Assembly: GCF_018350175.1 (NCBI RefSeq)
Contig: NC_058369.1
Location: forward strand, 6,076,001-6,140,000
Direction: 5' to 3'
DNA: 64,000 nt
Source: Felis catus
Taxonomy: Eukaryota
Shown: piece by piece, positions 20,801 through 31,080 of the stretch
Layout: every line of letters begins with the position of its first letter
Position numbering within the stretch: position 1 is the stretch's first letter
The notes under the pieces: generated by a model
Told to the model about the DNA's origin: nothing
Database searches by the model: none
Seen by the model: the letters and a program-made list of their open reading frames with translations, nothing else
Program-made: the position numbers and the translations under genes

Positions 20801-23559
20801 TGCGGCAGTTTCTCTCTGAGTCCGGCCACCTCTCTCCACGGAACTGGAGCTGGGGGGGTGGGGGGAGCTCGCATGCTTTTTTCCCTCCTTCAGGTTGAAG
20901 CTTCCCTGTGTGTCACCATCTCTGGGTTCGCTTTGCTTCTCCTTCCTCTGCCCCTCGTGGCTCAGAGGAGGGTCATCAGTAGGACGCCCTCAGCCACAGC
21001 CCTCCCAGAAGATTGTCTGACCAGCCACGGGGCTCAAGGGGGCGGGTCCCCTCTGCAGAGACGGGGCAATGCTGGTGGTGACAAGGCTTGGGGTGAGGGG
21101 TGGCCCCGGCAGGCTTCAGGAAGAGCAGAAGTCCCGTCAGCGTGCCTTCGACCTGGGACAGGAACCCGGGCGCTCCCCACCCCCACCCTTGGTTTTTGAC
21201 TTTCCACCCCTGGGAAGCCCCTGCTGCCCTAGTTGGCGAAGAGAAGAGGAAGGTTCTGTGCTTGGTGTGGAGTGCAGCCCCCCGGGGACATGCCGTGGCT
21301 GTGGGAATCCCAGCCAGAAACCCGGCAGTGGTCCCTCTGGGGAGGGCTCTGGGCCACGTTCATGTGGATGGATGACCTCCCAGTTCCCACCCGGTCCCTG
21401 GGGTGACCTGGGGGCTGAGGCCAGCTCCAGGGCTGTCTCTTGATGGGGACACAGGCAGGGTACCTCCCTCCAGGTTTCCTTCAAGTGCCCAGCGATATCC
21501 TCTTCCGGTTTTAATGTTCCCCACCCCCCTGCACCAGTGGCCACATACTGGTTACTGGCCCATGTGTGAGAAACACATCCAGCTTTGATCCCCCAGAGTT
21601 TGGGGACCCCAGGTCTCTCTTAAAAATTCCTCCCAAGCTCTGGAGCCCTCTCTGCACGTCATTCCAAGAAAAGCTGTTTTCAATCAAGAGTGAGTCAAGC
21701 CAGTAACAGTGGGTTTAACCCCCCATCTGGGAGTCCTGGGTGGGAGATGTGGTGACAGTGCCTAAGAGTTTCTCCGGGATGTGGACAAGAGGAGACAGAG
21801 ACCAAGGCGGCCCCAGGTCAAGGCCATGCGGACCCAGCCCTCCCTAAGCTCTCCTGCTCGGTCCCTCCAACTAGACAGAAATCGTCGCATTCTCCCCAAA
21901 TCTGGTCAACAAGGCTGGTTTTGGGGGTGCCGGGAGCAATGGCCACCAGGGTTGTCACTGGAGCTGTTGGTGGGGACAATACAAGGGGACCATGATGCTG
22001 GCAACCGTGGCCTCGGCAGGTCGGCCCTGGTGATTAAGCCGTGGCTGGTGTGAAGACGGTGTTGGCCGTGCTGGTGGCACTGGAGAGAGGTTGCTGGCGA
22101 TCCTGGGTCCCCCCGGTGATGGCGGTGGGACTGAAGGTGCCACTGAGAGTGGTGGGGTTGGTGGCCATGGTGTTGGCGGTTGACACGCTTCTGACCGTGA
22201 ACGTGTTTGTGGTGATTCCGTTGGTGGTCGAGGGGTCACGGGCCACAGAGCTGGTGACGTGGTGATGCCGCGGGTCTTTTTGTGGGGCTGATGCTGGCAG
22301 AGGCCAAAGAGCTGCTGGCCAAGAGGTGTCTACGATGACGGTGTCGGTGACAGGCATTCTGGGGGGGGGGCGGGGAGGGGTGATATTTGTGGCAATGGTG
22401 CGGGCAGCCGAGGTGCTCCCTCCGGGTGGCTGGTCTGGCCGGGAAGAGGGGCAACCTGCAAGTTGGTCTGCTTTCAGCCCGGACCCCAAGAGTGACCCCA
22501 GGAGAGACGCTGCCACCCACCCTGCCTATTGTCCCCACGGTGCCAGCCACGGCGCCGGCCACAACGTCCGCCACCGTGCTGGCCACAGCGCCCGCCACGG
22601 CGCCGGCCACAGAGCCCGCCACGGCGCCGGCCACAACGTCCGCCACCGTGCTGGCCACGGCGCCGGCCACAGAGCCCGCCACGGCGCCGGCCACAACGTC
22701 CGCCACCGCACTGGCCACAGCGCCAGCCACGGCGCCGGCCACAGAGCCCGCCACGGCGCCTACCACGGCGCCCACCACGGCCGCACCCCTGAGCCTCTCC
22801 TCCGCCCCAGGCTCCACGTGTAACACGTGCCCCGAGAACTGGGTCAACTTCCAGAGGAAATGCTACTACTTCGGCGAGGGCGCCAAGAAGTGGATCCAGG
22901 CCCGGTTTGCCTGCAGCAAACTGCAAGGGCGGCTGGTCAGCATCCACAGCCAAGAGGAGCAGGTGGGCGGGGCTCTGCGGAGGGCGTGGCCAGCAGGGGG
23001 CGGGGATCCCACCGCGTCCTCTTGTGCGGTGGGGGCGGGGACCCCAGGCACAACCCCGCAGCCCCTGCAGCCCCGTCCTGCTCCCCAGGACTTCCTGGCC
23101 AAACGCGCCAACAGGAAGGGCACCTGGATTGGCCTTCGGGACCTGGACATAGAGGGGGAGTTTATCTGGATGGATGAGAACCCCCTGAACTACAGGTGAG
23201 GCCCAGACTCCGACGGGGGCGGGCGGGGGGTGCCTGTCCGCAGTGGTCGGGTTGAGGGGAGGGGATGTGGGCAGCCGGTGTCCCTGGGCTTGCAGGGCGT
23301 GGGGAGTGGGGAATCCAGGGATGGGGGGAGGGGCCCAGACCCCGAGGGATGCGTCTAGGCGGAAGGCAGTAGGGCTCCTGCCCCCGACCCCATCCTCTGA
23401 CCTGAAGTCTTCTGCTCCAGCAACTGGCGGCCGGGGGAACCCAACAACCAGGGCCAGGGCGAGGACTGTGTGATGATGCAGGGCTCCGGGCAGTGGAACG
23501 ATGCCTTCTGTGGCAGCCGGCTGGACGGCTGGGTGTGTGACCGGCTGGCCACATGCTGA
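17898..23559 (+). CDS. FCER2: Low-affinity IgE receptor CD23 (isoform a), 290 aa: join(17898..17919,18936..19055,19378..19431,19967..20029,20255..20317,20421..20483,20577..20666,22811..22962,23089..23195,23421..23559)
   Basis: Kozak gccATGG; MEEHVYS/EFPNLPGRRRWCCRQGTQMALLGLVTVMLWAGLLTLLLFW (TM)/HWDAVQNLKQLEETAAQN; three 63-nt stalk exons; 90-nt neck exon; CTLD CNTCPENWVNFQRKCYYF...WIGLRDLD...EPNN...WNDAFC...DRLATC*. All introns GT-AG; total 873 nt. Confidence 0.97.
18221..18239 (+). CDS. FCER2: CD23b alternative first coding exon (MNPHGQ)
   Basis: ATG AAT CCT CAC GGC CAG G in intron 2, homologous to human CD23b MNPPSQ; phase 1; donor reads GCGAGG (GC rather than GT). Confidence 0.7.
21940..22420. 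repeat. (GGT/TGG)-rich low-complexity tract in FCER2 intron 8
   Basis: ggtggtggggttggtggccatggtgttggcgg and similar runs. Confidence 0.6.
22546..22785 (+). repeat. GC-rich minisatellite: 20 x 12-bp units (GCCACNNNNNNN) in 72/60/72-bp higher-order blocks
   Basis: Units gccacggcgccg(A), gccacaacgtcc(B), gccaccgtgctg(C), gccacagcgccc(D), gccacagagccc(E) in order ABCDAE-ABCAE-ABCDAE, plus 3 degenerate units. Confidence 0.95.
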
Positions 23560-24085
23560 CCGCCCCTCCCCCGCCACCTCGGCCCCCTCCCTGGGGTTCC
23601 CCGGGAGGTCCTTGGAGACGCAGACCCTGATGGCCCCCTGCCCACCTGCCAGGTGCACCCCTGCGTTGCTCCCCCAGCTCTGACACAGGAGCAGCCGGGC
23701 CCACGGCGGGGCCCGCAGCCGCGGCCTGGATGCCTGTTTTGTGGCTAAGGCCCCAGCATCCCTTTCTCCTGCCCAAGAGGAAGAAGGGCTGTTGACCCCT
23801 CCCCGGCTCCTGCCAATGCCCCTGAGGGCCTGTCCCTTACTCCTCAGCCCAGCAGGCTGTCACCATGTCCCTGCCTTCAAGGGCTCAGAGTACCCACCTC
23901 GAGAACTTTCCAGAGAGCCTCAGACCCCTATGAGCTTCCTCTGTCGGGCCGCCCCGCAGTCTGCTGGAGTCAGGACCACACCCCCGCCCCACCCCTGGCC
24001 TCCCCAGAAGCAGCCCCCGTGTCTTAGCACCCCAGGGAGAAGTCCCCGGCTCAGGCAGCCAGCCCCCTTGCCCCCAGCCCATGTC

Positions 24086-24091
24086 AATAAA
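24086..24091 (+). terminator. FCER2: FCER2 polyadenylation signal AATAAA
   Basis: First AATAAA after the stop (about 530 nt downstream). Confidence 0.6.
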
Positions 24092-24633
24092 ATGGGGGCG
24101 AAGATGGCCCCATCTCAGAAGCCTCCAGGCGTGGGAGCCGGGAGTTCCAGAACCTGGTGCCTGAGTCCGTCTGAGTATCCAGAGCAGCTGAAGCAGCAAT
24201 TGTATCTCTCCACCGTTTCCCCTCTACTTTATTACAAGAAGCATGTACTAGACAGGGCTGGAGACAAAGACTCTGGGATCTAATGGAGCAGAGAACACCC
24301 TAGAGGCCTAAAAGTACCGCAGGGCAGGGCAGTGGGCTGGTCCCCCCGCCTAGGCTGCTGGCAGGAGGGCACAAGCTGACGCATGGGAAGTGCTGAATGG
24401 ACCTGGTATACAGAAGGCACTCAGTAAATGCTAGCAGGCCCAGGGTGGCCTGGCCACCCAGGTCCAAAGGTGCTGGTGTGACTCTGACACAGGTTTTGAA
24501 AGAAACAGGTGGCACCAGCCCTGCACCAGAGGCTGAGGAGGGAGGCGGGCCAGGATCTCACGCAGGACACCCCTCCTTAAACTCCTCGCCTACCCACCCC
24601 ACCCCCAGCTCCCGGCCTAGGAAGAAAGAACCA

Positions 24634-24843
24634 GGGGCGCCTGGGTGGCTCACTTGGTGAAGGGTCTGGCTTCAGCTCAGGTCATGACCTCACAGTTCGC
24701 AGGTTCAAGCCCCGCATCGGTTTGTGCTGAGGGCGGAGCCTGGAGCCTGCTTCCGATTCTGTCTCTGCCTCTCTCTCTCTCTGCCCCTCCCCTGCTTGCA
24801 CTCTCTCTCTTTCTAAAAATAAATCAACATTAAAAAAAGAAAA
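24634..24843 (+). mobile_element. Can-SINE
   Basis: SINEC with TSD-like aagaacca. Confidence 0.9.
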
Positions 24844-25279
24844 GGAAGAACCAGATGGCTCACGTGATTCTCAAGCCTCCTGGAGGGGAATCCGTGGGGG
24901 GAGGACCACACTGGACCACCTTGGACCTGGGAGTCAGGGGCCCGGGCCTAGGGGGCTGGGGAGGGCCCTACAGTGGCACCCAGGAGACCTGGGGCCGGGA
25001 AAGGGCAGGGATAGAGCTCGTCCTAGGTCACCTGTTACCAAGCCATTGTCCCTCCCCCCCCCCCCCCCCCCACCAATTTCGGCCTCCTCCAGACCCCTCC
25101 CAGCCCCCAGGCCAGAGCACAACTACCTACCTGAGCTCGGCAAAGGGGACTCCCAGCCCCACTCTGCAGGTCACCCAGGCCCATGTTGGGATGACAGTCA
25201 TCACCGGTTTCCCTCACCGAACCCTCCAAATCCTCAGGGAAAGCCATGTGCAGAATCTGTCCACTTCTCACCCCTCCAG

Positions 25280-25855
25280 CAACCGCCTTGGTATAGCCCC
25301 TGCCCTAGCTTGTCTCAATGTCTTCTTCACTGTCCCAGACCTTCCAGAAGTTTCCTTCTGGCTCAGGGTAAAAAAAAACCCACAATCTTACAGGGTGCTT
25401 TGCAATTGCAGAATCCCTGCAGCTTGCCTTGTCTCCCCAGCTTCACCTCCTTTCTGCCCTCCCCCAACCCCGGCACCTACACCAGCCTCCTCACTGGCCC
25501 TTACACATATAGGCTTGCTCTTTGCCTCAGGGCCTTTGCACATGCCCCCTCCCCTGCTAGCTCTTCAGTGAGGGCTATCCTGGGCTCCCCGACCTTCCTA
25601 TTTAAAATGACACCCCTGACTCCGGCTCCCTTTTACCTTTGATCTACTTTCTCACCACAGAACATTTCCCCTTCCAACCAAACTTGTCACTCCCGGATCT
25701 GTGTGTGCTCGCCGCCCCCCCCCCCCCCCCCCCCCCGCCATGCCCAGGGCTAGCATGTGAGCTTCAGGAGGGCAGGAGCATTGGTCTTGCTCTCAGCTGT
25801 GATCCCAGCAGCTGACACAGAGTAGGGGTTCAATAAATAGCTGTTGGATAATCAA
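25280..25855 (+). mobile_element. L2 3' fragments, including a C22 run at 25715-25736
   Basis: gcctcagggcctttgcacatgc, tgtgagcttcaggagggcagg, caataaatagctgttg. Confidence 0.6.
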
Positions 25856-26919
25856 TGTGTGTCCATGGGCAAATGACCTCTTCTCGCAGAACCCACTTTG
25901 TGGTCTGTTCAATGAGGGGGAGCCTCATGTCTGGCTGGCTCGCCGAGGGCTGGTGCTGGGTTCCCCCTCCTCACCCCCCACCCCCGGGCCCCCGCCAACC
26001 TGTCTGGGGGCTTCAGGACTTCAGCAGGGACTTTATTTGCAGCTCACAACCCCCCGCCCTGCATCCCGCCCTCGGGGACCAGCCCATCTCTTCCTCCCCC
26101 TGCCCTTTCTCTCTGGCAAACTTCACTGCCAGGCCTCTGGATGCAGCAGGCTGGGCCATCCCTGCCTCCCGCAACCTGCTCTTCACCCAGCAGGCCCTGC
26201 AGGCCAAGCTCGCCAGGGTCCCCGGGGGACCTGAGGCTGCTAAGCCCAAAGCCTCCCGCAGCTCCCCCTGAAAATCCGGCTTCCCAGGCACCAGGTGCCC
26301 TGCCCACTCCACCCAGACGGGCGGCACCCGCCACTGTGCTGACTCCTGGACTCCAGACCTCCGATCCTCCTTGGCTTCCTAGACATTGACCCCTCGCCCC
26401 CGATTCAGACTGCCACTGTGACCACCCCCTTCCCCAGGCAACAGCTATTTCCTGACCATGGCCATCCCTGTGCTATACACGGGAGGCGCCCCCAAGTTCC
26501 GTTTATGGACCACGTATCTTCGAGATGTGCCGACACCCCCCCCCATCACCCTGGTTGGAATTCCCGAAACTGCCCCCTGACCAAACCCGGCACCTCGGCC
26601 CCCCCCATGCCCGCCTCCACCATGCACCCCAAAAACGCAATGGGAAACCTGCATCCGTCCCGCCCTTAAACCCTCCATCAACAGTGAGGGGACCCAGCCC
26701 AGGGCACCGCCAAGTTCTCCTTCACATCAGGCTCACTGAAATCCGGGGGAAGGGGGAGGGGGAGGGAGGAAGAGACACTTGAAAAGTTTCCCCCCAAAAG
26801 TCTGGCAGGATGGACCCTGGGGAGGAGGAGCTCTCAGGAACCCCGCGAGGGTGGTGGGCAGAAGGGAAAGGCAGGGTTGCCTCAGGCGTCAGATTTTACT
26901 TTTTAAACAAGGCACACAC

Positions 26920-27035
26920 GGGGCGCCTGGCTAGCTCAGTAAGGTACGGCATGCAACTCTTGATCCTGATCAGGGTTGTGAGTTCGAGCCCCGTGTTGGG
27001 TGTAGACGTTACTTAAAAGTAAAATCGTAAAAAAA
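26920..27035 (+). mobile_element. short Can-SINE
   Basis: ggggcgcctggctagctcag...gttgggtgtagacgttacttaaaa. Confidence 0.8.
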
Positions 27036-27129
27036 CACAACAAGGATATGTTCATGTATCATCGATATCAACTTCAAAATACGGTAGGCGCCCCGAGATT
27101 TCGGAAGTGAGCCCATCCATTTCCCCAGG

Positions 27130-27610
27130 TCTCCAGGGGGGTAATTCTTAAAGTGCGGCCCCCCGGAGCATCAGCCAGTTCCTGGGAACTTCCAGAAATG
27201 CAAATCCTCAGCCCACTCAGATCTGCAGAATCGGAAACTGGGGGTGGGGCCCGGCCACCCCAGTTGGAACATACTCTGTGCCCTGGAGCACCGCTTCTCA
27301 AAATAGGGGACACAGGAATCCCCTGGGGATCTTGCCGAATGACACGCTGTTAGTGGGCCTTCGGGGGGGCCCGAGAGTCCGCATTTCTGACAACCTCCCA
27401 GGAGATACGGAGGCTGCCTGTCGTGGACCACACTTTGAGAGGCAAGGCTCTAAAGCAGGGGTCAGCAAAGGATCCCCCTCCGCCTGTTTTCTAGACACAC
27501 AGCCGCACCCAATCCTTGGCATACTGCTGTCTACACCGCGGAGCAGAGTGACTGGACAGAGACTTCTAGGCATAAACTCCTATCTGGTCCTTTACAGAAG
27601 AAGTGTGGCC
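27130..27610. mobile_element. cluster of hAT-Charlie MITEs (MER5A/MER5-like, MER58-like)
   Basis: ttcttaaagtgcggcccc...agaaatgcaaatcctcagccc; gcatttctgacaacctcccagg...ggaccacactttgag; caggggtcagcaaa. Confidence 0.6.
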
Positions 27611-27952
27611 GCCTGAGGGAGCCTCTCTCCGCCTGATCCCTCACCCCCCACCTCTCCGGCCTGGCCTCCAATCGTGATTCCAGAGAGGGTCAGCATCCTC
27701 CTGCCTCCAGCCACGCCAGCAGCTCCTTCTGCAGACTTCTCTCCACACTGCCCCCCGCATTCCCCCGGCCCCGTCTGGAAGCCCACCCCCACCGCAGCCC
27801 CACGGCATCCCAAACAGGCTCGGGTCCCGGCCTCCCTCACCAGCCTGAGGCAGGGACCTGGGTCGAGGCGTTGAGCGGATCTCTGAGGCCCCCCCACAAG
27901 ACACAAGACACACTTGGGAAGGGGGCTCTCTGCATCTTTATCTGCCGCGGGG

Positions 27953-28519
27953 TCAGCGGCCCTCCAGCGCCCGGTCTCGGGCTATGACGGCCTCCTCAAA
28001 CTTGATCATGAGCGTGGTGCCCTTGTGCCAGTGCGCCGTGACCTTAGCAGGAAAGCCGCTGTGCGTGAGCACCGCCTCCACGATGCCCGCCGTGAAGCTG
28101 GCGCAGTTGAGCGTGCTGTTCTCCTTGGGCACGGAGATGTAGGTGTTGATGAGCGGCTCCCGCTCTATGATGTAGAAGGTTCGCGCGTCGTCGTTGGCCT
28201 GCTCCAGCTTGTCGGCCTCCTTGCCGAAGAGCGCCTTCCACACGGCGCCCTTGACGAAGAGCAGGGCGCCCAGCACCTTGGTCTCGCGCCGGGCACCCTT
28301 TTCGCGGGCCACCAGNNNNNNNNNNNNNNNNNNNNNNNNNNNNNNNNNNNNNNNNNNNNNNNNNNNNNNNNNNNNNNNNNNNNNNNNNNNNNNNNNNNNN
28401 NNNNNNNNNNNNNNNNNNNNNNNNNNNNNNNNNNNNNNNNNNNNNNNNNNNNNNNNNNNNNNNNNNNNNNNNNNNNNNNNNNNNNNNNNNNNNNNNNNNN
28501 NNNNNNNNNNNNNNNNNNN
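27953..28519 (-). CDS. TRAPPC5: Trafficking protein particle complex subunit 5 (single coding exon; 5' part in the N gap, start inferred)
   Basis: 120 visible residues, LVAREKGARRETKVLGALLFVKGAVWKALFGKEADKLEQANDD...KFEEAVIARDRALEGR*. Acceptor tccccgcag places the exon start at 28531. The gap length fits 68 missing codons of a 188-aa protein. Confidence 0.93.
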   Translation of the reverse strand, partial: XXXXXXXXXXXXXXXXXXXXXXXXXXXXXXXXXXXXXXXXXXXXXXXXXXXXXXXXXXXXXXXXXXXXLVAREKGARRETKVLGALLFVKGAVWKALFGKEADKLEQANDDARTFYIIEREPLINTYISVPKENSTLNCASFTAGIVEAVLTHSGFPAKVTAHWHKGTTLMIKFEEAVIARDRALEGR

Positions 28520-28527
28520 NNNNNNNN
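28316..28527. other. assembly gap, 212 N
   Basis: Run of N. Confidence 1.
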
Positions 28528-29699
28528 CGCCCTGCGGGGACACAAGGAAACGCGCGTGTGGGGCGGGGAGGGGCGTGCGGAGAACGCGCTACCCGGTCTG
28601 TGTGCTCCACTGCTGACCTCCCGTGTAGGAAAAGAAGAGGGGGAAAGAAAGGGGGGGGGGGGGCGTCCGCCTGCGCGTAAAGCACGCCCCCTCCATGAAG
28701 CCTAAGCCCGTGAAGGAAGACGGGGAAAGAGGCAGGTTTGCCTCTTTGGGGGAAGGGGGCAGGTGGGAAGACACAAGAGGGGGAGGGGAAGGGGGCGCTG
28801 GAAACCACTCTTAAGTTCCAGGCGATTGCTCCTACGTGGAAAGGACCTCTGTGCCCTGCCCCCTCTGCCACCTGTGGGAGCACCTAGAGAACTAGTGCAT
28901 GGGGGGGGGGAACGGGACAAGGATGGGGGGCCGTGAGAAGACCCGGGTACTGTCCCCTGCAAGCGCTCCAGCAAAAACAGCGCTGACTTCTGCAGATGAA
29001 GAGAACATCCCCGCCTCTCCCGTGCGGAAAGCCAGACAAACGGGAGAAGGCAGTAGGGTGCGTCAAGACCCATGGCGGGGGTGAGGGGGGGGAAGGGGGC
29101 TGCGGTTTGGGGGACGAACAGAGGAGATGCGAGGGGCAAGCTAGGAGGAAACGGCTCTAGCAGCGCCCCTGTGTCAGGCACGAAGCACGCCTCCTTGAGA
29201 CGTGGGCGGGCCTGCGTTTGTAAGGAAGACTGCGGGGGGGGGGGGGGCGCACAGAAGGCGTTGGGAACCCCTCCATCTCCGCGCCCTCCAGAAATGTAGC
29301 TGGACAGTGGAGGACAAGGTGGAGGAGGCCGAGGCCGACTGTGAGACCCGAAGTTTGGGGGGCCCAGGAGGGGGCGCTGTGATCCTCCCATCCTAGCGCC
29401 CCAAGCCAGTGGTCAGTGGGGGAAGAGACCCGGAAAAGGCTGTTTTTGTAAACCCAGAGGGGGCGCTAAGATCTCCGCGGAGCGGATCTACGGTGGGGGT
29501 GTGGGGGACAGGAGCTGCTGGGGGGGATCCCCAGGGCGCGGAGACACCCTCCCTCCCCGCCCCCCGTCCTCGCCCATTCAAGTGTGAAGCCTCTGCCAAG
29601 GGTGGGGTCGAGAGGAAGAGCGGAGAACCCCCTTCCCACTACCAGGGAAGGAGCCAGAGGCCGGCGGGGTCTGGGGAGGATGGGCCTGCCCCAACGAAG

Positions 29700-30310
29700 T
29701 CTGCGTGGGCGGTGGGGTGGGTGGGAAGGCCAGCGGGGGAGGGGGTCCAGGGGCTCCGAGACGCCCCCCCAGGTGCGCAGCCAACTACAGGAGGGCCCAG
29801 AGCGTGAGACGGGGGGGGGGGGGGGGGGGCGTTGAGACCCCTCCACCGGGCTGTGATGGGGGCCAGTAAGCTAAGCTAAGACCCGGAGAGGCGGGGGCCC
29901 CAAGCCCCCCACGCCGGCGTGAACCCGGCAGAGGGCCGGGGAGGGAGACCACCCTCCTCAAGGACCCCCCCCTTGCGTGGGCCGAAGCGGACGGACCGGG
30001 GATCGCGGGCGCCGAGACCTTAGCCCGGGATCCCCAGGCCCACCGGGCGCGGGAGGGTCCGAGAACGGGCGAGGCCCGACGCGGGTAGGGGTCGCGGGCG
30101 GGCGGGGTCTCACCAGGGTACTGAGGCCTTCGGCTCGGCCGAGCAGCTTTACGGCGCCGTAAAAGGCCTTAAGTGCGCAGGCGCTGCGGCGGACAGGCTC
30201 GTGGGCGGGGCGCGCGCGCTCACGGAGATTCCAGAGAGCGGCCGCCTGGGGGCGCGCGTGTCCCGGGCACCCGACGGAGGGGTGTGGCCCTGAGGCCAAG
30301 GGCCGGGCTG
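29700..30310 (-). promoter_or_regulatory. TRAPPC5: TRAPPC5 CpG-island promoter and non-coding exon 1 (3' end 30114); NRF1-like TGCGCAGGCGC at 30174-30184; GC boxes
   Basis: High CpG density; minus-strand donor CTG|GTGAGA (plus strand tctcaccag). Confidence 0.75.
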
Positions 30311-30355
30311 GAGTGGGGTGCCAAGCGCTCAGGCAAACTGCACGGATGGCTACCG

Positions 30356-31080
30356 GCTCAAGGGCACACAGTTGACGATGGGCCCATGTCTCGGTCTCAG
30401 GGGCACATGTGTGTCCTTGGGCATACGTCTATTTGGCCTGGGAGCATACCTATGCCTTGGGGACACAGTCTCTGGTCTTAGGGACACGTGTATATCCTTG
30501 GGCACATGTTCTCTCAGGGACACACGTCTGCCCGTGTGCACATGTCCATTTGTCTTAGGGACAAACGTTTGCCTGTGGACACGTTCTCTTAGGGGACATA
30601 CGTCCACGAGCCAGGGCACAGTGCACTTAGGGGCATGCGCACTCACGAATACATGCTCAGTGGGCATATACACTCAGGAATAGTTACACCCGTGGGGACA
30701 TGCTTAAGGGTTCAGATGTATCTGTGGGTCCCCCTACACTTAGGGAGACATTGTTAATTTTTTTTTAATGTTTATTTTTGAGAGAGAGAGAGAGAGAAAA
30801 CGCGAGTGGGGGAGGGGCAGAGAGAGAGGGAGACACAGAATCCGAAGCAGGTTCCAGGCTCCGAGCTGTCAGCACAGAGCCGGACGCGGGGCTCGAACCC
30901 ACGAACTGGGAAATCATGACCTGAGCTGAAGTCGGACGCTTAACCGACTGAGCCACCCAGGAGCCCCACTTAGGGAAACAGTGTATATCTCGGGCCACAA
31001 ACCCTGCTGGGCACACAGTCTCAGACACGGAGACTGTTCCTTGCTGGGTACAAGTTCATGGGCACAAAAGGACCCATTCA
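30356..31080. repeat. degenerate ~35-40-bp minisatellite (ctyaggg(g)acac...ccttgggcaca...) interrupted by a SINE
   Basis: About 9-10 imperfect copies starting ctcaggg/cttaggg. Confidence 0.6.
30757..30967 (-). mobile_element. Can-SINE
   Basis: Reverse SINEC flanked by cacttaggga repeats. Confidence 0.9.

Noticed and set aside
22034-22516. Minus-strand Thr-rich ORF, and the similar ORF at 33019-33281
   Set aside because: Product of CAC/GGT low-complexity intronic sequence; no signal peptide or gene structure
22546-22785. CRISPR-like array
   Set aside because: Mammalian DNA, contiguous tandem units, no unique spacers, no cas genes
22474-23658. 394-aa minus-strand ORF and other Gly/Arg-, His- or Val/Ala-rich ORFs over the repeat
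   Set aside because: Shadows of the GC-rich minisatellite and FCER2 exons; no independent splice or domain support
26032-26037. Distal AATAAA on minus as the TRAPPC5 poly(A) site
   Set aside because: 1.9 kb from the stop across several TEs; a proximal GATAAA variant at ~27937 is equally plausible, so this is undecidable from sequence
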